Source: Patescibacteria group bacterium
GTDB lineage: Bacteria; Patescibacteriota; Patescibacteriia; UBA10025; JBIOWE01
Length of the DNA: 64,000 nt
Assembly (NCBI GenBank): GCA_044868145.1
Contig: JBIOWE010000013.1
Coordinates: forward strand, 6,611-70,610
Direction: 5' to 3'
This document shows, piece after piece, positions 17,890 through 26,943 of the stretch. Position 1 is the stretch's first letter. Every line of letters starts with the position of its first letter. Position numbers and translations under genes: made by a program. The notes beneath the pieces are model-generated. The model was not told the origin of the DNA. It saw only the letters and a list, made by a program, of their open reading frames with translations, and searched no databases.

Positions 17890-17994
17890 AGGTGTACTTT
17901 TTCTTAAATAGGTTTGGCGCTTACCACTCCCCAAGCCAACCAAACCACCTCTCCCTACAGAGGACCCGAGCAAAAAATGCTTGGGTCTTTTTTT
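17890..17994 (+). ncRNA. candidate small RNA unit 1 (promoter TTGACA 17855-17860, 17-nt spacer, TAAACT; terminator GACCCGAGCA…TGCTTGGGTC + T7)
   Basis: promoter and terminator read directly; no conserved ORF; internal stem GGTTTGG…CCAAACC. Confidence 0.5.
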
Positions 17995-18042
17995 GCGTGG
18001 CAAACGGTTGACACGAACAAAGCTATGATGTATACTCAAGTT

Positions 18043-18144
18043 ACTTCAATATGTTCCACGGTTTGGTGCTTGGCCCCCTAAGCTAGCCAAACCACTCCCT
18101 AGTTAGAGAGGACCAAGTCGGGTAATGACTTAGGTCCTTTTTTT
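18043..18144 (+). ncRNA. candidate small RNA unit 2 (TTGACA 18008-18013, 17 nt, TATACT 18031-18036; terminator GGACCAAGTC…GACTTAGGTCC + T7)
   Basis: near-consensus promoter; paralogous to unit 1. Confidence 0.55.
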
Positions 18145-18152
18145 GTGGATAA
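18144..18152 (+). promoter_or_regulatory. TGTGGATAA box upstream of -35 of sRNA unit 3
   Basis: perfect 9-mer. Confidence 0.45.
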
Positions 18153-18192
18153 CTCATTTGACAGCTCAAAAACAATTGGTTACACTGGATTT

Positions 18193-18298
18193 GCCAATAT
18201 CAGTTCCTTGGAATGGTTTGGTACGTACTGCCACTACAAACCAAATTGTTCCTCTTTAATACCCGGCCGAAGCCCTAAAAGCTTCGGTCTTTTATTTT
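18193..18298 (+). ncRNA. candidate small RNA unit 3 (TTGACA 18158-18163, 17 nt, TACACT; terminator CCGAAGC…GCTTCGG + TCTTTTATTTT)
   Basis: as above; diverged paralog retaining GGTTTG…CAAACC stem. Confidence 0.5.
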
Positions 18299-18468
18299 CC
18301 AACCGAACGCAGGTCGCCCCGCCCGCTTCGCGTTGCGAAGCAAGGCGGGCGGGCGTGCCTGCGAACGGTCCATCCCGGTGCACCACCCATCGCACCCACG
18401 GCGGGGTGCTCTGTGTAGCTTTTTTTAATAAGGCGGGCTACTTTATTCACCCGCCTTGCTCTTATAGC

Positions 18469-20409
18469 TTACTTTTTCACGTCTTCGTATTTACCTTCGA
18501 CCGGGCCCTTGTCCTTAGACCCTGAGCTTGCCGAAGGGTCGTCGGGTTTCTTCTGCTGCTTGGCTCCGGGCTGACCAGCCGAAGGTCCCGAGCTTGCTGA
18601 GGGACCTGATTGCTGTCCATACATGGCCTGCCCGATCTTCTGAATCGCCTGCGACAATTCATCCGTCGCCTTTTTAATAGAGCTTACGTCGTCGCCGTCT
18701 TTCACCTTTTTCACGGCTTCAATCTTTTCATTAATTTCCTTCTTGGTCTTGTCGTCCACTTTCGAGTCGGCGTCTTTGAGCGCTTTTTCGGAGGTGTACA
18801 CGAGCGTGTCCGCCGTATTCTTGGCGTCTATGAGCTCGCGCTTTTTCTTATCTTCCGTCGCGTGCTTGCTCGCTTCCTGTTTCATACGTTCGACTTCGTC
18901 CTTTGACAAACCGGTTGAACCGGAAATGATGATGGACTGCTCTTTAGCCGTTGCTTTGTCTTTCGCTTTCACGTTCAAAATACCGTTCGCGTCAATGTCG
19001 AACGTTACTTCCACTTGGGGAACGCCGCGCGGCGCAGGCGGAATACCGGAGAGCATGAACTTGCCGAGGGACTTATTATCGCCGGCCATTTCGCGCTCAC
19101 CTTGGAGCACGTGAATTTCCACAGTTGTTTGATTATCCCCAGCCGTGGAGAACACCTGCGACTTGGACGTTGGAATGGTCGTGTTACGGTCAATTAATGG
19201 CGTACGCACGCCGCCCAGCGTTTCAATGCCGAGCGTCAACGGCGTCACGTCCAAAAGCAACACGTCATGCACGTCGCCCTGGAGCACGCCCGCTTGCACT
19301 GCCGCGCCAACGGCAACCACTTCATCCGGGTTCACGCCCATGTGGGGCTTTTTGCCGAAGAATTTTTCAACGGACTGGATAACGAGCGGCATGCGCGTTT
19401 GTCCGCCGACAAGAATCACTTCCTTGATGTCGGATGTTTTCATGCCAGCGTCATCCAGCGCTTTTTGTACCGGTCCAAACGTCTGCTCCACAAGGTCGCC
19501 CACAAGTTCCTCGAGCTTGGCCCGCGTCATTTTCAGGGTAAAGTGCTTTGGCCCGTTTGCGTCCGTCGTGATAAACGGCAGGTTTATTTCCGTTTCCATG
19601 GCCGTGGAAAGCTCGTGTTTCGCTTTTTCCGCTCCCTCTTTCAAGCGCTGCAGGGCCATTTGATCTTTGGAAAGGTCAATACCCTGATCTTTCTTGAACT
19701 CTTGGATCAGCCAATCAATAATCAGGCGGTCAAAGTCGTCGCCGCCCAAGTGCGTGTCGCCGTTCGTAGATTTCACCTCAACGGTATCCTTCGAAACCTC
19801 AAGGATCGAAATGTCAAACGTGCCGCCACCGAGGTCATAGACAGCTATTTTTTCATCTTTCTTTTTGTCGAAACCATAGGCGAGCGCGGCTGCGGTCGGC
19901 TCATTGATGATGCGACGGACGTTAAATCCTGCTATTTCCCCTGCTTCTTTTGTCGCGTGGCGCTGCGAATCGTCAAAATACGCTGGAACGGTAATCACCG
20001 CTTCCGTGATTTTTTCGCCGAGCTTCGCTTCCGCGTCCGCTTTGAGCTTCTGGAGCACCATGGCGGAAATTTCCTGCGGCGCATACTCTTTACTGCCCAT
20101 AACCACCTTGACCCCAGCGCCGGACTGCACCATTTTGAACGGCAGCACTTTCAAATCGCGCTGCACTTCCGGATCATCCCAGCGACGGCCGATCAACCGC
20201 TTGATCGAATAGAGCGTGTTCTCCGGGTTCGTCACTGCTTGGCGCTTCGCAATCTGACCGACAAGCCGTTCGCCATTTTTGGACATAGCAATGACCGAGG
20301 GCGTTGTTCTGGCGCCTTCGCTATTTTCAAGAACCTTTGGCTGGCCACCTTCAATAATGGCCATGCAGGAGTTCGTTGTTCCTAAATCAATTCCCAGTAT
20401 TTTTGCCAT
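18469..20409 (-). CDS. dnaK: molecular chaperone DnaK (Hsp70)
   Basis: 646 aa, [16 protein letters not shown] motifs. Confidence 0.95.
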   Translation of the reverse strand: MAKILGIDLGTTNSCMAIIEGGQPKVLENSEGARTTPSVIAMSKNGERLVGQIAKRQAVTNPENTLYSIKRLIGRRWDDPEVQRDLKVLPFKMVQSGAGVKVVMGSKEYAPQEISAMVLQKLKADAEAKLGEKITEAVITVPAYFDDSQRHATKEAGEIAGFNVRRIINEPTAAALAYGFDKKKDEKIAVYDLGGGTFDISILEVSKDTVEVKSTNGDTHLGGDDFDRLIIDWLIQEFKKDQGIDLSKDQMALQRLKEGAEKAKHELSTAMETEINLPFITTDANGPKHFTLKMTRAKLEELVGDLVEQTFGPVQKALDDAGMKTSDIKEVILVGGQTRMPLVIQSVEKFFGKKPHMGVNPDEVVAVGAAVQAGVLQGDVHDVLLLDVTPLTLGIETLGGVRTPLIDRNTTIPTSKSQVFSTAGDNQTTVEIHVLQGEREMAGDNKSLGKFMLSGIPPAPRGVPQVEVTFDIDANGILNVKAKDKATAKEQSIIISGSTGLSKDEVERMKQEASKHATEDKKKRELIDAKNTADTLVYTSEKALKDADSKVDDKTKKEINEKIEAVKKVKDGDDVSSIKKATDELSQAIQKIGQAMYGQQSGPSASSGPSAGQPGAKQQKKPDDPSASSGSKDKGPVEGKYEDVKK

Positions 20410-20438
20410 ACTTTTTTTTCGTTTTCGTTAATGAATGT

Positions 20439-20777
20439 TTAAAGCTGATTAAAGGTAATTCCGCCCTTGTTCAGCGCTTCGTGTAATTCGAGCACTTCGC
20501 CACTCGCAAGCGCGTCCACATCTTGGAAACGCATCACTTCATGTTGCTCAAGGTCCGTGAGAATGCTCGACATGCGAATGCCCATTGGCCCGAGTGAGAC
20601 AACGGAGAGCGCCGCGCTTTGGCATACCGCACACTTAATGTAGAGCAGGGTGGTGCCTTCTTCGTCCTGGATCACTTCCAATTGCCGCAGATCGTAGAGC
20701 GTGCTGCATACCGGACAACGCGCATCCATTTTGATGCGCTCCGGACGGAACGAATTGAAATTATTCGATATTTTCAT
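20439..20777 (-). CDS. hypothetical zinc-ribbon protein (2x CxxC)
   Basis: 112 aa, CPVC…CAVC. Confidence 0.4.
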   Translation of the reverse strand: MKISNNFNSFRPERIKMDARCPVCSTLYDLRQLEVIQDEEGTTLLYIKCAVCQSAALSVVSLGPMGIRMSSILTDLEQHEVMRFQDVDALASGEVLELHEALNKGGITFNQL

Positions 20778-20858
20778 ACGGATTTATTACCCACGGTGAG
20801 AAAGCTATCGCTAGTTTCCTCGCCGCGGGCGGGGAACAATTCCCCCACCCAGGTGAAC

Positions 20859-21263
20859 TTACTTCGCCTGCATGGTGATCTTGATGGACTTCGGTTTTGC
20901 TTCCTCTGCTTTTGGAATCACTATTTTCAACATACCCTTGTCATAGCTTGCTTGGGCCTTGTCGCCATTAACAGTTTTCGGAAGCGCAATGGTGCGCGAG
21001 AAGCTGCCGAACCGTACTTCCTTACGATAATAGTTCTTGTCGTCCACCTCGCTCTTTTTCTCGGATTGACCCTCAATGCGGAGCACATTGTCCTCAACGG
21101 TGATGTTCACTTTTTCCGGATCAATGCCTGCAAGCGGCGTTTCCACAACGATGTTGTCTTTTTCCTCATAGACATCAACCGCGGGGCTGAACCGCATTGG
21201 CCGCATCATCGAGTCAAAATCCTCGAATAAGTCAGTGAATGGTGTCCATTTGACTAATTGCAT
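20859..21263 (-). CDS. Hsp20/alpha-crystallin family small heat shock protein
   Basis: 134 aa, ACD signature. Confidence 0.8.
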   Translation of the reverse strand: MQLVKWTPFTDLFEDFDSMMRPMRFSPAVDVYEEKDNIVVETPLAGIDPEKVNITVEDNVLRIEGQSEKKSEVDDKNYYRKEVRFGSFSRTIALPKTVNGDKAQASYDKGMLKIVIPKAEEAKPKSIKITMQAK

Positions 21264-21352
21264 AGTTTTTTTCTTTGTTAATGTTTATTTAGACCTTTGC
21301 TCAAAAGTTTAAAGTTAAAAGTTGGCAGTCCGCAGTTTTCAAATTCACCTGA

Positions 21353-21709
21353 TTATTTAAACAAGCTTCTCGATAATCCTGTAAGCATGGCTCCTATTTC
21401 GTCCAGTTTTACCCACAGATCGTCGAGTTCTTTTTTGGTGCAGAACCGTAGCGCATGGCAAATCTCTAACCCTGCCTTTACTTCATTAACGGAACGGAGC
21501 GAAATGTTTAGAAATCGATGAAATTCGACTTTTGAATTAGTTACTGAGGATCCCTCTGAAAGATTCAATAATATGGAGATTGATGCGCGACGCAGTTGAG
21601 CAACGAGACCAAATTTTTCTTCATCTGGTAACGCTTCTGTAAACTTGTATAAAAGTACAATAAACTCCTTGGTCTTTTGATAAACTTTTAAATCTTGATA
21701 TGTTCCCAT
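21353..21709 (-). CDS. four helix bundle protein (TIGR02436-like), second copy, embedded in heat-shock operon
   Basis: 118 aa, paralogous to 2414..2818. Confidence 0.55.
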   Translation of the reverse strand: MGTYQDLKVYQKTKEFIVLLYKFTEALPDEEKFGLVAQLRRASISILLNLSEGSSVTNSKVEFHRFLNISLRSVNEVKAGLEICHALRFCTKKELDDLWVKLDEIGAMLTGLSRSLFK

Positions 21710-21748
21710 AAACTTACGCCTTTCAACTTCCAGCTGTAAACTTTCAAC

Positions 21749-22231
21749 TTATTCTGCTACCTTAACCTTCGCGTGCGCGAGTACTTTTCCGTTCATCAAA
21801 AATCCCGTGTCTACCTCTTCAAGAATTGTATCTTTCTCAACACCATCGCGTTTCTCCTTGGAAACGGCATCGTGAAATTCCGGATTAAACTTCCTGCCGA
21901 CGGTGTTCATGACTTCAATGCCTGTCTGCTTCAAAAATTCTTCAAACTGCTTTTTAATCGCTTCCATGCCGCGAACCCATTCCGATTGTTTTTGGTCTTG
22001 AGGCACATGCTGGAATGCGCGGCGGAAATTATTATAAATAGGGAGAAGTTCAAGCACAAGCGCTGCGTGAGCAAACTGAATCATCTCCTTTTCTCGCTTT
22101 TCGGTTTCTCGCTTGTAGTTAATGTAATCCGCTTTGGCGCGTTTCCAGCCGTCTAGATATTCATTCATCCGTTTTTTCAGGAGCTCAATATCTTCGTGAC
22201 TTTCATGGATCGGCTGTTTCTGTTCATCCAT
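21749..22231 (-). CDS. grpE: nucleotide exchange factor GrpE
   Basis: 160 aa, GrpE family sequence. Confidence 0.85.
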   Translation of the reverse strand: MDEQKQPIHESHEDIELLKKRMNEYLDGWKRAKADYINYKRETEKREKEMIQFAHAALVLELLPIYNNFRRAFQHVPQDQKQSEWVRGMEAIKKQFEEFLKQTGIEVMNTVGRKFNPEFHDAVSKEKRDGVEKDTILEEVDTGFLMNGKVLAHAKVKVAE

Positions 22232-22235
22232 AGTA

Positions 22236-22937
22236 TTACCGTCGTTCTTTTAATAATTCCTTTGCGTAGCGCAGGAGCGACCGGTTGCTTGCGTAGTCCA
22301 TGCGTATTGGCCCGAGAATGCCGAACATACCCGATTGCTCGTTGCCAATCCAATACCGCGTGACTAGCGAACCGCATTCTTGGCCGAACGGATTCTCGCG
22401 TCCGATATAGGCCTGCACGTCATCAGTCACGCGATCAAACAATGTAGCCATCACTGAATCAAGATGGTCCACCATATTCGAGATATGATAGACGAGATCC
22501 AGGTCGTCGAACTCGGGCTGATGAAAAAGGTTGGATATGCCAGTATAATAGACGTTTTCTCGTTCGAACCCCACGATCACGGCGCTTTGGGAAAGGTCCG
22601 CGAGCGCGCGACTGACGTTTTTCACCAACTGCTCATAGGATTCCTTGATGCCAGTGGCCTGCTCAAGCACTTTGCGCTCTTTCGGCGTCAGTTTGCGGTC
22701 GGCGGCGAAATGATCAAGGTAAAAGCGCCAGCCTTTTTCGGTTGGAACGCGTCCGGCTGACGTGTGGGGTTGGGCAATATAGCCCTCGCGTTCCAAATCG
22801 TTCATCTCGCTACGAATCGTTGCCGGAGATACGTCAAAATGGTATTTACCCGCAACAAGCTTCGACCCTACCGCTTCGCCGGTGTGGATATGTTCGTCAA
22901 TGATGGTTTTCAGCAATGTCTGTTTTCGGTCTTCCAT
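22236..22937 (-). CDS. hrcA: heat-inducible transcription repressor HrcA (first ATG at 22937; track ORF extends to TTG at 22970 which would almost abut CIRCE)
   Basis: HrcA family sequence, CIRCE operator upstream. Confidence 0.85.
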   Translation of the reverse strand: MEDRKQTLLKTIIDEHIHTGEAVGSKLVAGKYHFDVSPATIRSEMNDLEREGYIAQPHTSAGRVPTEKGWRFYLDHFAADRKLTPKERKVLEQATGIKESYEQLVKNVSRALADLSQSAVIVGFERENVYYTGISNLFHQPEFDDLDLVYHISNMVDHLDSVMATLFDRVTDDVQAYIGRENPFGQECGSLVTRYWIGNEQSGMFGILGPIRMDYASNRSLLRYAKELLKERR

Positions 22938-22979
22938 AATCTTATCTAACCTTAGCCAAAATTCCACCAATTTATTCTA

Positions 22980-23006
22980 TTAGCACTCAAAGCTCGAGAG
23001 TGCTAA
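22980..23006. promoter_or_regulatory. CIRCE operator TTAGCACTC-N9-GAGTGCTAA (perfect consensus)
   Basis: direct reading. Confidence 0.9.
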
Positions 23007-23010
23007 TTCC

Positions 23011-23039
23011 ATTATAATAGTCCGGAAAAGGAGTGTCAA
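23011..23039 (-). promoter_or_regulatory. sigma70 promoter of hrcA operon: TTGACA (23034-23039) -17- TATAAT (23011-23016), -10 ends 4 nt before CIRCE
   Basis: direct reading on minus strand. Confidence 0.75.
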
Positions 23040-23050
23040 GGAAAGAAGCT

Positions 23051-23116
23051 TATAGCGTATGGCCTATGGCGTATAGTTAAAAACCGCCTACGTTCAAACG
23101 GCTTTCTATACGCTAT
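23051..23116. repeat. three copies of (T)ATRGCGTATRG motif (two direct, one inverted) upstream of hrcA -35; 11-mer ATGGCGTATAG shared with 43167-43184
   Basis: direct reading. Confidence 0.45.
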
Positions 23117-23126
23117 TTGCTATTAG

Positions 23127-23813
23127 CTATCGGCTATCTTTGCCGTACGTCAACCCTTCATCCAGCTCCGCGATGGCGATATATCGCTTTAACGCCGTGC
23201 CAACGGGGTATGACGTTTGCAACGTCAATATTCTGCGTTCGTAATTATATTGCTCCAACACAGAGGTCTCGTTCGGTGGGACGACCTTGGTCTCCTTAAT
23301 CCGATACACAAACACGTTGCCATTCGCGTCGGAAAGATAAACAACAGTTTCCAGCGGAACGCCGACGAGCGGACGGAAAATGCGCTTATAGTTGCCGGGC
23401 TTCCAGGCGTAATCGGACGAATGACCAAAGATGTACACGTTCCCCCACTCACCCGGCTTCGCCGTATCCGGATAATGGACAACACCGCGGCTTAGCGCTT
23501 CTTGTTCCGTATCCTTGTTGATAACGTCAATATAAATGACAGGCGCGGTCACGGCGATGTCCGGTATGGTGAGAAGGTTCGGTTCTCCGGTACTCGCGGT
23601 TGGTAACTTTACTATCTTTCTGTCTACCGTGTTCGTGATTGGCAAATGTTCGTTCGTAGCGGTATTGATGGCTCCTTGCGGTGAAGGTTCATGCGTCAAC
23701 CATTGCACCATGAGCAAGAAGCCGACAGCAAAAACAAGCGCCAACAGAAGATACGGTAAGCGCTGCCGCTTTGAACGTTTTTGGGATTCGCGATACGAAA
23801 ATGTCGTTTTCAT
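23127..23813 (-). CDS. sortase-family-like membrane-anchored protein with Ser in place of catalytic Cys (TLQTS instead of TLxTC)
   Basis: 228 aa; N-terminal TM; His motif NVYIFGHSS, LTLQTSYP, KRYIAIAEL with SrtA-like spacing. Confidence 0.5.
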   Translation of the reverse strand: MKTTFSYRESQKRSKRQRLPYLLLALVFAVGFLLMVQWLTHEPSPQGAINTATNEHLPITNTVDRKIVKLPTASTGEPNLLTIPDIAVTAPVIYIDVINKDTEQEALSRGVVHYPDTAKPGEWGNVYIFGHSSDYAWKPGNYKRIFRPLVGVPLETVVYLSDANGNVFVYRIKETKVVPPNETSVLEQYNYERRILTLQTSYPVGTALKRYIAIAELDEGLTYGKDSR

Positions 23814-24526
23814 ACTAATGTAAAAAGGTCATCGGACATTGAATCGGCGGCCGGCGCCGGCACAACCTGCGTGAAATACTCCCAGCCGAACATCCGCTTC
23901 CGATGTATTGGAGTAAGATTATCCACCCTGGAACGCATTTTGGCTTGCGTTTGGTGCGCTTCTATCGCCTGCGCTTTCTCGCTTGTATATTGATCAACTG
24001 CTATGTTATGCGTCGGTACGGGCATTGGAGACGGATCAGACCAGCCAAAGATTCGGATCATATCCATTGGCATCATTACGTAGAACAGCGACGTTTCAGT
24101 CGCGCTTTTTTCGACTGCTTGCGTGGTGAATCGCGAAATCGCCTTATGGTCCGCGTGCCCGGACAGTCCGTCGGAGCCAAACGTAATAACGCATTGAGGG
24201 CGAAACGCATCAATGAGTTTCGCGATTTTTTCCACGACCCCAGTGCTCTGTTCCAAGGCGCCATCCCCATAATCGAGCATATGTATTTTGTTAACGCCCA
24301 GGATATGGGAGCTCCGTTCGAGCTCTTGCGTGCGCGTTTGCGAAAGGCCGTGCGCTTGCCACAGCGATGGATCGCCCTTTACTCCTTTATCTCCGCGCGT
24401 CGCGCAGACGAGCTCAATCTGACAACCGAGTGAGTTGTATTTTGCGATTGTTCCGCCGCAGCAAAAAGCTTCATCGTCAGGGTGCGCAAAAACAAGTAAT
24501 ATTTTTTTAATTTGAGCGTCGCTCAT
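23810..24526 (-). CDS. PIG-L/LmbE family deacetylase
   Basis: start at ATG 24526 (track ORF longer); VFAHPDDEAF…H…H motifs. Confidence 0.65.
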   Translation of the reverse strand: MSDAQIKKILLVFAHPDDEAFCCGGTIAKYNSLGCQIELVCATRGDKGVKGDPSLWQAHGLSQTRTQELERSSHILGVNKIHMLDYGDGALEQSTGVVEKIAKLIDAFRPQCVITFGSDGLSGHADHKAISRFTTQAVEKSATETSLFYVMMPMDMIRIFGWSDPSPMPVPTHNIAVDQYTSEKAQAIEAHQTQAKMRSRVDNLTPIHRKRMFGWEYFTQVVPAPAADSMSDDLFTLV

Positions 24527-25541
24527 GTTGGTTTTCTTCACGAATGCGCGTTGCAAAAGCCCCTTGGCCAAATCGTATACCGAAATGGGAGAGATAGCCG
24601 AGTCCGAACACGCCTTTGAGTATATCCGGGAAACGGATGACCAGGCTAAAAACGAGACCCGTGCTCGCCCCAAATCCCATCGCATCGAAAATGAGTGTTT
24701 CACCTATCTCTTGGCTGCCGAGAGAGCCAGGAATGGGGAGCAGGAACGTGACTATGGTTAGCGTTGCCACAATAAATGCGTGAAAAATGTTCGCCTGCAA
24801 ATCCAGAAACAGCATGGCGCTCCAAAATTGCGCGATCGCGATTGTCCCAGCAATAAAAGAGATGAACAAGCTGACAAAAAACGTTCGGCGATGATCATGA
24901 AAAAAAGCAATGATTATTTGTTCAAATTCCTTCATCCGTTCAAGTATACGCTGCATACCTTTAAAACGATGCATCTGCGCGAATCGCATGAAAAAGCTAA
25001 AAAAATCTTTTTTTGCAAACATTCTCAAATAAAAAAATGCCATGAGGCCGATAAAAATGACTGAAACGATAAGCAGGCCAATAACAAAATTCCGCGTTAG
25101 ACTAAATGAAGTGAGCGCATAGAAGATTCCACCAACAACGAACGGAAGCGCGTAGGTAAAATCCATCACTTTGTCGATAATCACGGACGCGAGTCCCTGC
25201 GAAAAGGGAATACTCATCTCCTTTTTGAGGACGTAAGCACGGACCGCCTCTCCCCCGATGTTTGGAGATGGCGTAAAATAATCGACGCTAAAGCCCACGA
25301 GTTTTGCGGCAAGCAAATTTTTATACCGCGGCATATACCCTTGAACATTTAAAATAAGCTTCCAGCGCCACGTGGTAACTAGGAGCTGGGCGAAAGAAAG
25401 CGCGAGAATGACAAAGAGCTCCCCAAAGGAGAACTCTTGTATCACCCGGCCGATTGAATCGAACCCAGCATGCAACAAACTAAATACAAAGAGTCCGACC
25501 CCGACGAGAATGGAAATAATAAATAAGAGAGTACGCTTCAT
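24507..25541 (-). CDS. flippase-like / lysylphosphatidylglycerol-synthase-TM-domain family (UPF0104) membrane protein
   Basis: 344 aa, ~8 TM. Confidence 0.45.
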   Translation of the reverse strand: MKRTLLFIISILVGVGLFVFSLLHAGFDSIGRVIQEFSFGELFVILALSFAQLLVTTWRWKLILNVQGYMPRYKNLLAAKLVGFSVDYFTPSPNIGGEAVRAYVLKKEMSIPFSQGLASVIIDKVMDFTYALPFVVGGIFYALTSFSLTRNFVIGLLIVSVIFIGLMAFFYLRMFAKKDFFSFFMRFAQMHRFKGMQRILERMKEFEQIIIAFFHDHRRTFFVSLFISFIAGTIAIAQFWSAMLFLDLQANIFHAFIVATLTIVTFLLPIPGSLGSQEIGETLIFDAMGFGASTGLVFSLVIRFPDILKGVFGLGYLSHFGIRFGQGAFATRIREENQHERRSN

Positions 25542-25549
25542 AGAAAAGC

Positions 25550-26326
25550 TCAGCCTTCGTTTGGATACACCACGATCATTACTTTTCTGCCGTTATTCAC
25601 GTCGCCCCTGTTCCAATCATGAATCGCATTCATGAGTACGTCCGGTTCATACACGAACTCCTCGCCCTTGCGCGTGCCAGGGTCATTCGTGATAATCCTG
25701 CCGTCAGCCGTGTACCCACGAATGACCAGCGCATGGTACAAAGGCCCTGGACTGCGAAAATTCAGATTGCCCAGGAGCCGGCCTGCGGCCAGAACGATGA
25801 CTGGCCTGCCGTGCGCCACCTCATTTTTAATATCGTCAATCGTGATGTCGTATTGCACACGCACATCCTTGTACCCCAGGTAATCGCGAATAAACTGAGC
25901 GGTCTGCTCCCCTGTCGTGTCTTGAAAGAAACCAAAGGTAATAGTCTCATAATTCACGAGTTGCTGAATTTCGTCTTCCGCGATTTGCGGGGTAAACGTT
26001 TTGCCTTGCCAGAAGTAGTGCACCATAAGACTCGCGGCTTCTTCACACGCCTCATTATGCGTCTCGTCCCACACGGCAAACGGCGCCTGCGGCGTAAAGG
26101 GCACGGCGAGGTTGTACTCGTCCGGCATCTTAAACACCGGCTGAACGTTCATGTTGTCGGATTTCGGCAAAACGACGGACGGCGCGTTCACGGGTTCCGG
26201 CAAGGAAGCTTCAACCGTCCACTCTTTCCACAAATCCAAAATAGCGACGCGGTTAACATAGGCAATCGCGCCGACAAAAACAACGATGCATGCGGTGGCT
26301 ACCAATAATCTTGCGGTCTTGGTCAT
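25550..26326 (-). CDS. membrane-anchored C39-like (papain-fold) cysteine peptidase domain protein
   Basis: 258 aa; NEACEEAASLMV (Cys) … YHALVIRGY (His). Confidence 0.5.
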   Translation of the reverse strand: MTKTARLLVATACIVVFVGAIAYVNRVAILDLWKEWTVEASLPEPVNAPSVVLPKSDNMNVQPVFKMPDEYNLAVPFTPQAPFAVWDETHNEACEEAASLMVHYFWQGKTFTPQIAEDEIQQLVNYETITFGFFQDTTGEQTAQFIRDYLGYKDVRVQYDITIDDIKNEVAHGRPVIVLAAGRLLGNLNFRSPGPLYHALVIRGYTADGRIITNDPGTRKGEEFVYEPDVLMNAIHDWNRGDVNNGRKVMIVVYPNEG

Positions 26327-26362
26327 AAACGTATTCTCAGGACAAGCACGACGGAGAATTAT

Positions 26363-26710
26363 TTACGGTTTTACGCTCCGAACAAAAGCATTGGTAAGCC
26401 AACTGCCGAGCCAAAGGATCGCGGCTCCCAGAAAAGCAGCGGTAAACGAGTCCACGGAAAACCCTTTGATAAACGATGAAACGAACCACAGCAAGAATGC
26501 GTTAATCACAAACGTGAATAAGCCGAGGGTGAGAATGGTTATGGGCAACGTGAGAATAACGAGAATCGGGCGTACGATCGCATTGAGAATACCGAGTGCG
26601 AGCGCCACGAACAAAGCCGCGTAAAAACTCGCTACATGGAATCCAGGTATGAGATAGGCAACAAGGAGTAAGAGCAGTGCGTTTATTATCCAACGAAGAA
26701 GTATGTGCAT
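26363..26710 (-). CDS. phage holin family 4-like small membrane protein
   Basis: 115 aa, 4 TM, LINALLLLLVAYLIPGFHV motif. Confidence 0.55.
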   Translation of the reverse strand: MHILLRWIINALLLLLVAYLIPGFHVASFYAALFVALALGILNAIVRPILVILTLPITILTLGLFTFVINAFLLWFVSSFIKGFSVDSFTAAFLGAAILWLGSWLTNAFVRSVKP

Positions 26711-26767
26711 AGTATTTTGTTGGTACCGCCAAGAGCCCCGAAAAACGCGTTAAAGAATCGAATTTCG

Positions 26768-26842
26768 TAGTCCCAAGCGGATTCGAACCGCTGTTTTCGC
26801 GCTGAGAACGCAATGTCCTAGACCGGGCTAGACGATGGGACC
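26768..26842 (-). tRNA. tRNA-Glu (anticodon CTC)
   Basis: rc GGTCCCATCGTCTAGCCCGGTCTAGGACATTGCGTTCTCAGCGCGA…GCGGTTCGAATCCGCTTGGGACTA; G1-U72 wobble. Confidence 0.75.
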
Positions 26843-26943
26843 CTACGTGCCCGCTCACGTTTTCGAAGAAAAGGTGGGCGGGGACTATGGCGGCGTAAGA
26901 AATACTCAATCATTTTACTGAAAATCTCGCGATTTGTCCAGCC

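Noticed and set aside
18300-18400. Long GC-rich imperfect inverted repeat (CCGAACGCAGGTCGCCCCGCCCGC…GCGGGCGGGCGTGCCTGCGAACGG) as a regulatory element
   Set aside because: It may simply be the end of sRNA unit 3 or a dnaK-proximal structure. Without a flanking U-run it does not qualify as an intrinsic terminator. It is noted but not called.
17704-18468. Replication origin (oriC), considered because of two perfect DnaA-box reverse complements in a long noncoding gap
   Set aside because: Flanking genes are all on the minus strand with no orientation switch. No dnaA/dnaN is adjacent. No obvious AT-rich DUE with 13-mers. The interval is better explained by three promoter-terminator bounded transcription units.
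19267-20385. 372-aa plus-strand ORF
   Set aside because: Antisense to dnaK, with an Arg/His/Phe-rich artefactual composition.
26502-26909. 135-aa minus-strand ORF
   Set aside because: Overlaps tRNA-Glu and the intergenic region. No protein-like composition.
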